Source of the DNA: Mobula hypostoma | Lineage: Eukaryota | Length of the DNA stretch: 64,000 nt | NCBI RefSeq assembly: GCF_963921235.1 | Contig: NC_086115.1 | Location: forward strand, 66,528,001 to 66,592,000 | Reading direction: 5' to 3' | Part shown: positions 36,609-47,943 of the stretch, in pieces | Numbering within the stretch: the stretch's first letter is position 1 | How the letters are laid out: each line of letters starts with the position of its first letter | Program-made: the position numbers and the translations under genes | The notes under the pieces: generated by a model | The model's database searches: none | Seen by the model: the letters and a program-made list of their open reading frames with translations, nothing else | What the model was told of the DNA's origin: nothing

Positions 36609-39202
36609 AAACATATGAATGAGTGACGCGTCTCCATTATTACATTTATCACAATACAGAGATATATCTAAATAAAAATGAGACAACTTATCCTTGGTCA
36701 TATGGGCCCTATGGACCACTTTAAATTGTAGGAGAGAGTGGCGGGCACATAATGATGAAGTGTTAACCAATTTAAAAATTTGGTTCCAAGTTTCCTCAGA
36801 AACTGAAGTCTGTAAATCTTGTTCCCAAAGATTTTTAATTTTATCTAAAGGAACTCTTCTCATTCCCAACAGCATATTATAAATATTAGATATAAATCCA
36901 TTATAAAAAGGTTTCAAATTAAAAATTACATCTAGTAGATTCTTATCAGGACTTTTAGGAAATGTACTTATTTGAGACCATAAACAATCTTTTATTTGTA
37001 GGTATCGATAAAAATGAGTTTCAGGTAAACTATATTTAGTTGACAGTTGTTCAAATGAAAAGAGACTTCCCTCCACAAACAAGTTCTGAAAGCATTTAAT
37101 ACCTAATCTTTCCCATTGTTTAAAAGCCACATCAATCATAGAGGGTTTAAAAAAAATAATTAGAAAAAATGGGACTCCAAAGAGAAAATCTCAATAAGCC
37201 AAAGTATTTTTGGAATTGTATCCAAATTCTCATAGTGTGTTTAACTACCAGATTATCAGTTAACTTACTCAGAGACAAAGGGAGTGAGGATCCAAGAAGA
37301 GAAATAATAGAAAACTTATTAACAGAGCTAGCTTCTGAAAAAACCCACATCAGACAATCCTCACGATTAATGTAATATAACCAAAGTGTAAGATTTCTTA
37401 TATTAACTGCCCAATAATAAAATCTAACATTTAGTAAGGCTAATCCTCCATTCTTTTTATCTTTCTGAAGATGAATTTTATTTAATCTAGAATGCTTATT
37501 CTTCCATATATAAGATATAATAGAGTCAAGAGAATCAAAAAAAAAGATTTAGGAATAAAACCAGGCAATGCCTGAAAAAGATATATAAATTTAGGTAATA
37601 TATTCATTTTGATAGAGTTAATTCGGCCAATCAGCAATAAGGAAAGAGGCAACCAATTTGATAACATCCTTTTTACGTGATTCAATAGGGTAAGAAAATT
37701 TATTTTAAATAGACACTTATAGTTTTTAGTGATTGTTACACCTAAGTAGGTAAATTGGTTTCTTTCAATTTTAAAAGGAAGGTTAGAATTTGTTGGTATC
37801 AAATTATTCAAAGGGAAAAGTTCACTTTTATGTAAGTTTAATTTATAACCTGAGAACTGACTAAAACAGGAGAGTAAAGAAAGCACATGGGGTAATGAAG
37901 TCTCAACATTAGAAATAAATAGCAGCAGATCATCAGCGTACAGTGAGACTTTGTGAGTAGTGTCTCTCCTTAAAATACCGGTGATATCATTAGATTCTCC
38001 AAAGGCAATGGCTAAAGATTCTAAGGCTAGATCAAAAAGCAAAGGGCTCAACGGACAGCCTTGTCTAGTGCCACGTTGAAGCTTAAATGGTTTGGAATTA
38101 TGTGAATTAGTGATTACCCTGGTGGAAGGAGCTAGATAAAGTAATTTAATCCATTGAATGAAAATGGGTCCAAAATTGAATTTTTCTAAAGTTTTAAATA
38201 AATAATTTCATTCAACTCTGTCGAAAGCTTTCTCAGCATCTAGGGATACCACACATTCCGATATCATGTTAGAAGGAGAATAAGTAACATTTAATAACCG
38301 ACGAATATTAAAGAGAGAATATCGATTTTTGATAAATCCAGTTTGGTTATCGGAAATGACAGGTGGTAAAATATTTTCAATCCTATGGGCCAAAACTTTA
38401 GATAGGATCTTAGTATCAACATTAAGTAAAGAAATTGGTCTATAAGAAGAGCATTCAGTTGGATCCTTATTCTTTTTAAGGATAAGCGAAACAGAAGCCT
38501 CATAAAAAGATTGAGGGAGTCTGCCCAACTTAAATGAATCTGAAAAAACTGAACATAAATGAGGTATAAGCGGTGAGGAAAAGATCTTGTAAAACTCTCC
38601 AGAAAATCCATCTGGACTCGGAGCTGTCCTCAAACGCAATGAGCGCACAGCCTCAACAATTCCCTCAAAAGAAATAGATTGTTCCAACAACTTTCTGTTG
38701 TCAGCAGAAATCGTAGGAATGTTTAGTTGATCGAAAAAATTATTCATTACAGTGTTATCCTTAGAAGATTCAGAACTATAAAGTTTAGAATAAAATTCTC
38801 TAAAAGTATCATTTATTTCTAAATAATCAGTTGTCCTATCACCATTAGCTTTGCATATTTCTTTAATCTGCTGTTTAGCTATAAAGGTTTTAATTTGATC
38901 AGCCAATAATTTACCTGTTTTATCTCCATGAATATAAAACTGACTTTTATCTTTTAGGAGTTGGGTTTCAATTGGATAGGTTAAAAGGAGATCATATTTA
39001 GTTTTAGTTTCAACATGTCTTTTATATATGGCAGGTGCTGGAGCCAAGGCATACTCTTGGTCTAATTATTTCAGCTGATTAGCTAAATAATTTCTCTCTT
39101 TATTAGTTTTTTCCTTAATACTTGCAGTATAAGAAATAATTTATCCTCTAATATATGCGTTAAAGGCATCCCATCTGATAAGACTAGAAGCCTCCTCTAA
39201 CG

Positions 39203-39807
39203 TAGTGGTCCCCAACCTCCGGGCCACGGACCGATACCGGTAGCCAGAATGCACCAGGCACATCTTTAAGAAAAAAGCCGAAATAAACAAGCTAATTAAT
39301 TAGGTGCTGCCCAGAAGCCAGTCTTCATTAGAGGAACAGAGGTGGAGAGAGTCAATAACATTAAATTCTTTGGCATTAAGGATCAACGTTTCTCTCTCTG
39401 AAAAGTGTCAGAGGATCTGTCCTGGGACCAGCACGTAACTGTCATTACAAAGAAAGCACGGCAGCGTCTATACTTTATTAGAAGTTTGTTTAGATTCAAC
39501 ATGTCACCTCGATCCTGACAGCCCTGTCTTTTCAGCTTCACTAGGCTGGCATTTAAATTGACCAAACAATGGAACAGCTAAAGGCTCCAGCGCCTGGAAA
39601 GAGGAGTGAACATCGTGTAGAGCAAGTGAAATCGGCAATCGCCTCTGATCTGGGCGGACATTTACGTGCTGAGTGGCACCTAATTAATTAGCTTGTTTAT
39701 TTCGGCTTTTTTCTTAAAGATGTACTGGGTGCACTCTGGCAACCACTGCACCCCTGCATGCTTCGCGACCCGGTATCGGTCCACAGCCCAGAGGTTGGGG
39801 ACCACTG
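39203..39807. mobile_element. hAT (Charlie/Buster-type) MITE with long TIRs
   Basis: (c/t)agtggtccccaacct...aggttggggaccactg; TIR similarity exceeds 100 bp; 8-bp TSD ctctaacg 39195-39202 / ctctaatg 39808-39815. Confidence 0.93.
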
Positions 39808-41837
39808 CTCTAATGTATTCTCTTCAAAAAAAGGAGTAATTTGTCTCTCCATAAACTTTAAAAAATCTATAACAGATAACAAAGTTAAATTAAATCGCCA
39901 AAACCTATTTGTTTGAAGAAGACCAGGGAGATTAAAAGATAGGAGCACAGGGGCGTGATCTGAGACACGTTGTCTATTGGATGAAAAAAACACCAAGCAT
40001 CAACAATATCACATTTCATTAAAAAAGATTTAATAAACACAGCTGATTTATTTGGTATGATTAGTTTAGGAAATGGATGATCTAAAGCTTGATCTAAGCA
40101 ACAATTAAAGTCTCCACCCATCACCAATGAGTACAGACTTAGATCTGGCAAAAATGAAAAAAAAAACGCTCAAAGAAACCTGGGTCATCTGTATTCGGAA
40201 CATACACATTGGCAAATACCATTAGTTTGTTATTTAGTTTCCCTGATACTATAACAAAATGCCCACTAGTATCAGAAATTACTTTATATTGAACAAAGGG
40301 AACTTTATTATCTATAAGGATCGAAACCTCTCTGGCTTTGGCCTGAACAAGGAATGGAAATGAGATTCTCTCCATCAATTACAAAAGCATGAATTGCCAC
40401 ACTTATGTACATGAGTTTCTTAAAGAAAAACAATTGGTACCTTAAGTTTTTTAATATAGGCAAAAATCTTATTTCTTTTCACGGGGTGATTTAGCCCTTT
40501 CATGATGAAATTAATACTTTGATCCATTTTTAAACTATTTATAAGAAAGATTAAAGTAGCAATCAGAAAAATGTATATTAAACCCAAATAATAAACCTTG
40601 AGATATATTAGCTAAGCAACAGAATTGACTGGATTCCCAAATCAGCTTCAAGAAAAAAGAACTCCCCATCCCCCTCCTTCCTCCCAAAGAGAGAAAATTG
40701 GTCAAAGAACAACCGCTATCTACTTCCACTGAAAACACCCCCTCAGAAAGCCTGTCGGAACCGCTCCAAAGAATTCAAGGTTATTTACTGTTCCAACCAA
40801 GACTAAATAATAGACAGTAAAAAAAACAAGCTTAGACAGGTTTATCAAACAGAAAGAGAAATTATTCATACTGAAAAATATTAAACAGTTATTTTTTAAT
40901 ATATAGTATTTCTGATTTTACAAGATTTTTAATCTATTCAATATATATATATATATATACAGTCATTTGTTTTAGTCTAAAAATTCTTGCACCTGCTCCT
41001 ACGTACAAAGCCATTTAACTGATCCATCTTCCATTGTGATTCTCAGTCGAGCCGGAGAACAAAGAGAAGGCTTAACATTTTGGCTGTATTGCTCCGCCAT
41101 AACTTTTTTAAACTTTTTCTGCCATAACTTCTGATGAAAAGTCTTCAACAATACGAAGCTTCTGATCCTGGTAGTCAATCATACCTTTTCCATGGGCATC
41201 ATGAATCAGACGGTTCTTTATTTGAAATTCATGGAAACATATAATGACTGATCTTGGTTTTGATTTTGAAATCGATCCGTAGATAGGCGATCTGTGAGCA
41301 CGATCAATCAAAGGCAGAGACTTTATAATATCTGGGAATAATTCCATCAAAAGGTTTGTAAAGAATTCTTTAGGCTTATCTCCTTCTGTATGCTCTTTAA
41401 GTCCCAAGATTTGTACGTTGTTTCTCCTACTTCTGTTTTCCAAATCAGTAATCTTCTGTCTCAGTATTTCGTTGGACTTGGATTGTTTTTCATACAGCTT
41501 TTCTCTCATCCAGTATAGTAATAATCTCTTCATGTTCCTTTATCTTCTTATCATGCTCAGTTAAAGTTGCTGGAATATCGTCTAATTTTGTACCTATTTG
41601 TTTAATTTCAGCGCTGATTTGTTGTGAATCAGCCAACGCTTCTTTTCTGAACTGCTGAAACTCCTCAGTAAGCTTTTGAATTGAACCCATAATAGCTTCC
41701 AAAGCTGATTTGGTAGTCATAGTAATATAATAACCCATCTAACAATAGTATTTCAAAAGGTTGGAGACAAAAGTAAGTAAGTTAGGAGCACCAGCAGAGA
41801 GCTGTTACTCCATCAGCGGCCACCAGGCAAATCCCCA

Positions 41838-42930
41838 CAAGATTGTTTAATCTCATTTTCAGTACGCAAATGTAAAGGAAAACAAAATAATTGTTCTCTG
41901 GATCTGATACAGCACAAACAAATCAATAAGATAAAGTACACAACAACTCAATAAATATAAATACATAGAAGAAGAAAAGATATAAATAGATTGTTTGTAC
42001 GTCCATAAAGTGACGTTAGGCACAGGAGTGTCTGTACATAAAGTGACTGGCAAGAAGTGATAAAGTAATGGTGGTTGTGGGTGTTGAGGGGTGTGTTAGT
42101 GGGTGGAGGTGTTAGTCACCCTTACTACTTGGGGAAAGTAACGGTTTTTGAGTTTGATGGCCCTGGTGTGAATACCCTGCAGCCTTCTCCCTGTCCTTGA
42201 TGGCAAACAGGCTGATGCCAGTGATGCGTTGGGCAGTGTTGACTATCCATTGTAAAGCCTTCCTGTCCACTGCAGTGCAGTTTCCGTACCATGTTAGGTT
42301 GCTCTCTATTGCACATCTGTAGAAGGACATACGCATTGACATGCACAATCCAGTTCTCTTCAGCCTCTTTGTAAAGTAGAGGCATTCTTCAGCTTTCTTG
42401 ACTTTGTAGTATGTGTTCTGGGACCACAAGAGATTGTGCGGGATATGGACTCCCCGGAGTTTGAAATTAGTCATAGATTCCAATGCTATGCTGCTAATGT
42501 AAAGAGGGGATGAGTGATGTGAATTGTCCTGAAGTTTATAACTATTCTCTTTGTCTTGTTGACATTGAGGAAGAGGTTATTTGTCTGGCACCAGACACTA
42601 AGCTCTTTCATTTCCTGTCTGTAGGGCCAACATCATTGTTGGAGATGAGCTCCACCACTATCACGTCATCGGCAAACTTGTCACTGTGATTATAGCAGAA
42701 TGTACAGCAATAGACTCAGCACCCGGCCCTGGGGGGCACACGGCCCTGGCGAGGGAGCTGTGGTTGTGCATCCTGACTATCTGAAGTCCAATGGTTAGGA
42801 AGTCTAATACCTAGTTACACTGTGGTGTATTTAGACTGAGGAGTAGGAATTTGCTCATGAAGGTCGCAGGGACAATAGTGTTGAATGCTAAACTGAATTC
42901 CAGAAACAGCATTCTAACGTAAGAGTCATT
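41838..42930 (-). mobile_element. Rex1/Babar LINE RT and 3' UTR
   Basis: ORF 42112..42483 FYRCAIESNLTWYGNCTAVDRKALQ; KFADD codons at about 42665-42679. Confidence 0.82.
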
Positions 42931-43339
42931 CAGCAAGGAAATGGGCCATTCAGCCCAACTGTTCCTTGCCAACCAAGCTTCCTGTCCAAGCTAGTGTCAT
43001 TTACCAGTTTGACCTATATCCCTCTAAACCTTTCCCATCCATCTACCTGTCCAATGTGACCTCAATACATGCAATAACTTAGAATCCAAACCTTATAATC
43101 AAAGCAAGTTATTAATCTTTAAAGCACTGCGGGATGGAGGGGTGGGGATATTTAATTTCTGCATTTGAAACATCCCAACTGTAAACCTGTTAATAAAGAA
43201 CAGGATTCATAGTCCTGCTGTAACAAAATGAAAAAGAAATCTTTCCTGCTCCAAACTTTATTTCCATTGCTGACTTTTGTATGGCACAGATTTTTAAAGA
43301 AATTCTGGGAAATAATCAGAGGTAGCTGCAAGATGTCAC

Positions 43340-43416
43340 CTTTGATGAAAAATCAATATCCCTCTGTAGTAAGAGTGATATATTTAGTCTCCACTCAGTC
43401 TGTCTGATATTTCCAG
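43340..43416 (-). CDS. Candidate host-gene exon B (77 nt)
   Basis: ctcatttcag|CTGGAA...TCAAAG|gtgaca; only one frame is open: (A)GNIRQTEWRLNISLLLQRDIDFSSK, phase 1 to 0. Confidence 0.5.
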
Positions 43417-46400
43417 CTGAAATGAGTTTCACACAAATTATATTCAGATGACAGAAAGCGACTGATTGCTAGAGCTGTTCGGGAGGGTTTATACTAATTT
43501 TGCAGGGGAATGGGAACTGAAGTGATAGTGCTGACCATGAGGTAGTTGGTTTACAAACAGAGGCAGTGTGTAGTGAGACTCCTAGCAGGGAGAAGCTAAT
43601 GACAGGTCAAAATTGCAGTCAACACAATAAGTTGCAATGTAAAAGGCAGAGAAAATCAAAAAGGGTGAATGCAGGTTTGAAGGTGTTATACTTGGATGCA
43701 CACAGTATACAGAATAAGGCCATAAGATTATAATATATAGGACCAGAATTAGGCCATTTGGCCCATCAAGTCTGCTCCTCCATTTCAACATGGCTGATCC
43801 ATTTTTCCTCTCGGCCCCATTCTCCTGCCTTCTCCCTGTATCCCTTCATGCCCTGACCAACAAGAATCTATCAACCTTTGCATTAAATATGCATAAAGAT
43901 TTGGCCTCCACAGCTGCCTGTGGCAAAAAAAAATCCTTAGATTCACCACTGACTTAAATTCCTCCTCACCTCTGTTCTAAAAGAACATCCCTCTATTCTG
44001 AGGCTGTCCTCTGGTCTTATTAAGGATGAGATCTCAGGGTACTTGGAGGCACATGATAAAATAGGCCATAGTCAGCATGGTTTCCTCTATTCTGAGACAG
44101 TGTCCTCTGCTCTTAGAACCATGTTTTCCACCAGCTTTAGTCCAACGTTCCTCTAAAACACTTTCATACTTGCCAACACCCCTTTCACATTATATTTATC
44201 ACTGCCCCATAGTGTAAAAACATGTCCACCATATGCTAACATGAGAAAAATGATTCTGCCTTAAATTTTTATTTGTCTTTAAACCTAGCTTACACAGTAA
44301 CTGTGTGATGTACAGCAGCTTCAATATCAATATGATCCTTAAGCTTGATGGCTTTTAGCAAGAGTTGAAATATCTGGTTCAAGTTGTGACAGCAAAAGCC
44401 TTAAATCCCCACACGTAACAATGTCAAGCGGTTTCTGTTCTGTTTTGTATGAGTACCTGGTTCACTGCACTGAACCCTCTTTCAACAAGGTAAGGGGATC
44501 TAAATGAAATGAAGAGCTCTTTGGTTCTTCTCCAAAGACATGGAAACATTGTATGACAGTGTAGCCACATACCACAAAAGTGACATTTTTGAAAAGTATT
44601 TTTGCTTCTTCATCATTCTGATTTTCAATAATTTCTTTTTTCAAGCTCTCCTCCTGTTCTTCCACCTTGCAAAGAAATAGGTGAGTTACCCAGTCCGGAA
44701 TTTTCAGATCATTCAGACCATTGAATCAATGCTGAAATTCCTTCTTCAGTGACTGCAGGAGTAAGCAGTACTCTTGCAAATCACTGTCTGTGAAAGAGAA
44801 TGCCATACTTTGCATGCAGGGAAACTGTGAGAACAGTCTTCTCCCAATATTTTGCTTATATATTTCCAATTTTCTGATAAAAGTGAACACTGCACTTTTT
44901 GCCTGGATTAAATTGTAATTCTCACTCTGCAGTTTCATATTTAAACTGTTCATTTTGTCATACTGATCAGCTAGATGTGCTGCATCTCCACGTAGACATT
45001 CAATCGTGTTTCCCAAACTCTTGTCAACTTTGAGCAAAAATTCTACCGTAATACTAAAAAGATCAAAGAAATATTTTAAGCAGTAGTCTTTTTACAGCAA
45101 TGCCTTTCAATGTGAAGAAGCAAGTGTTCAAACTCTTCATCTTTATCGTAGCGTAACTGATCAAATATTCTGCTATTTAATGGATGAGCTTTAACTTTGT
45201 TGATAGCAGATATTACAAGAGTCATACTTGAAAAAAGTCGCTGGACGATATTTTTGGCTGTGAGATGTTGACAATGAATTACACAATGGATTGCAAACAG
45301 ACTTGGAATTTCTTTTTTCATAATGCCACTAAATCAGCATGACGACTTGTCATATGTGGTGCTCCATCTGTTGCACAAGAGAACATGCTCCTAATTGGAA
45401 TACTTTTATCCTCAATATATATTTTGAGCTCATCGTAGGGAGTTTCTCTGTTGGTATTTGTTTTTAACTTTTTTCAAAAGGGAATCTCTTCATTACCTTT
45501 TCCATTTTTGATAAGCCATACATATGCCATTAGCAATGCCTCATTGTTTCTCACAGTTGACTCATACAGTGGACCCCAAATTCTATTTTTTGTAGCTTTG
45601 TGCTTTTTTTGCTACTCAATGTCTTCACTGATTTCATCAAATGATGAGCTATAGAGTTATTACTCAGAGGAATTGATTTTAAATACTGGTATCCATCTTG
45701 AGAACAGTGGTGATCACTTCTGATACAGCAGGCGTTATTTTATGAGATTACACCAATTGTCTGAGATTTTCCACACATTGCCATCATTTTGGAAACGTTA
45801 TAAAATACAATGAGGCCACAGTCAAGGTCATTTTTATCTTTCTTGGCAAATGACTGGAGTGTGCAATGCTTTTCAAATGCTTCTTTCCTCTTCTGGAAAT
45901 GAGTAATACCATAAGTAACCTTTGCAGGGTGTCTGTTACAGAAGTGTTGCTGCAATCTAGATGGTCTCATGGCTTCATTAGATAGTACAATATTACAAAG
46001 AAGACAATGAAGGCATAGCTGATCTGACGGGAAGGGAATAAAACCACACTCCAGGTATGTAACACTGTATTGATGCACTTTCTGTAGTTTCTGTTTCTTA
46101 GCAGGATTAGAATTCAAGGCTTCATTATCCATCATTAATGAGGCTAAATTAAAATAAAATATTAACACAAACCGGGAATCCCCGTCGGATGTTGACAAAG
46201 GCAGCGAGTTGACACAGATGGAATGTTGGAAGTGGCACATAAAGGGATGACGAGGCGAAGATGAAGACGATCACAACAGCAAAAATTATGTTGACAAGGA
46301 TTCAGAATGGAATCTGAATGTTAGTCAGGATAGAACTGGTGTTTGGCAAGCTACTTTTATACTATTCCAGTTAGAGTGATTGACCAATCACTAAAAGTCT

Positions 46401-46630
46401 AATAATCCCCGAAAATAGTTCTTGACTGCATGTATGAAGCCGAGGTTACCTTGAACACATCAAGAGGAATTCTTGGGGTTGGCAGGTTCACTAATTGGTT
46501 CTATTTCACCATTTGGTTCCAGCCAGTGCTGTATCATTGCATAATCTGTTTTCCGTAGATCTGCAGAGAAAGTTGAGAGGGTGTACTTGACTTAGCAACT
46601 GTTAAATTGCATGAACTCATTCTATGCCAC

Positions 46631-47943
46631 GAATCCATAAGACCATAACACCCTAAGACATAAGAGTAGAATTAGGCCATTTGGGGTCAGCTGGTGGCAC
46701 AATGACATCAGTGCCGGACTCCAGAACGAAGGTTCCTGGGTTCGAATCCAGTCGGGGCCGCTTCCGAGTATGCTTTCCATCCGTGCCGGGTTGAGTGTTG
46801 AGATCGCAACTCGACCTCATAAAATAAAGGGAAAAATACTGCGAAATGTCTGTGTGAGGACGGGTCTGCTCCACCATTCAATCACGGCTGATCCTTCTTT
46901 TTCCTCTCTTCAGCCCCACTCCCTGACCCAGTCCCCATAACCTTTGATCCTGCGTCCAATTAAGAACCTATCAAGCTCTGCCTTAAATACACCCAAAGAC
47001 CTGGCCTCCACAGTTGCCTCTGGTAATAAATTCCACAAATTCACCACCCTCTGGCTGAAGAAATTTCTACACATCTCTGTTTTAAATGAATGCCTCTAGA
47101 TCCTAAGACTGTGCCCTTTTGTCCTAAACTCCTCCACCATGGGAAACATCCTTTTCACATCTACCATGTCTAGGCCTTTCAAAGGTTTCAAACATTCAAA
47201 GGTTTCAATGAGATGCCCTCTCATCCTTCTAAATTCCAGCAGTACAGACCCAGAGTTAGTAAACGTGCCTCATATGATAACCCTTTCATTCTCAGAATCA
47301 TCCTTGTGAACCTCCTCTGAACCCTCTCCAATGCCAACACATCTTTTCTTAGATGAGTCAGGAACTGTTCACAATACTCAAAGTGAGTGCCTTATAAAGT
47401 CTTATCAGCATCATATTGCTGCTCTTGTATTCTAGACCTTTAGAAATGAATGTTAACATTGCATTTGTCTTCCTCACCACCAACTCCACCTGCAAGTTAA
47501 CCTTCACGGTGTTCTGCACAAGGACTCCCATGTGTTTTTGCATCTCCGATTTTTAGATTTTCTCCCCATTTAGAAAATAGCCTACACATTTATTTCTACT
47601 ACCAAAGTACATGACCATGCATTCTCCAACATTGTATTTCATTTGCCACTTTCTTGCCCATTCTCCTAATCTGTTTAAGTCCTTCTGCAGCCTTCCTATT
47701 TCCTTAACACTACCTGCCCCTCCACCAATCATCTGCAAATTTGGTAACAAAGCCATCTATTCCATCATCATTTATATACAGCATAAAAAGAAGTGGTCCC
47801 AACACCGACCCCTGCGGAACACCACTGGCAGCCAACCAGAAAAGGATCGTTTTATTCCCACTCGCTCCCTCCTACCAATTAGGCAAAGCTCTAACCATGC
47901 CAGTAACTTTCCTGTAATACCATGGCTTTTAACTTGGTAAGCA
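46631..47943 (-). mobile_element. CR1 3' part nested in the hAT
   Basis: TSD gccac 46626-46630 / 47944-47948; ORFs 47358..47543 and 47553..47756. Confidence 0.88.
46683..46862 (+). mobile_element. tRNA-derived SINE
   Basis: A box tggcacaatga 46695-46705 and B box ggttcgaatcc 46739-46749; interrupts a CR1 tail. Confidence 0.8.

Larger units (their letters stand above)
30200..41830 (-). mobile_element. Full-length but disrupted L1-clade LINE carrying nested insertions
   Basis: ORF1 (coiled coil, LENRSRRNNVQILGLKE); ORF2 EN (NVYVPN, GGDFNC, SDHAPV); RT (YRPISLLNVDTKIL, LDAEKAFDRVE, LYADDLL); C-terminal CDKC...H motif; 3' end with aataaa near 30220. Own segments are about 30200-30636, 35442-35627, 36609-39202 and 39808-41830. 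Confidence 0.92.

Noticed and set aside
36531..37139. 202-aa ORF as a standalone gene
   Set aside because: L1 ORF2 C-terminus running into an inserted CR1.
40940..40959. (TA)n run
   Set aside because: Ordinary microsatellite in the L1 inter-ORF spacer.
44360..46240. Domesticated ZBED/SCAND3-like host gene
   Set aside because: Multiple stops and frameshifts, and still bounded by a TIR and TSD.
46683..46755. Functional tRNA gene
   Set aside because: No convincing cloverleaf or acceptor stem; continues into a SINE body within a CR1 tail.
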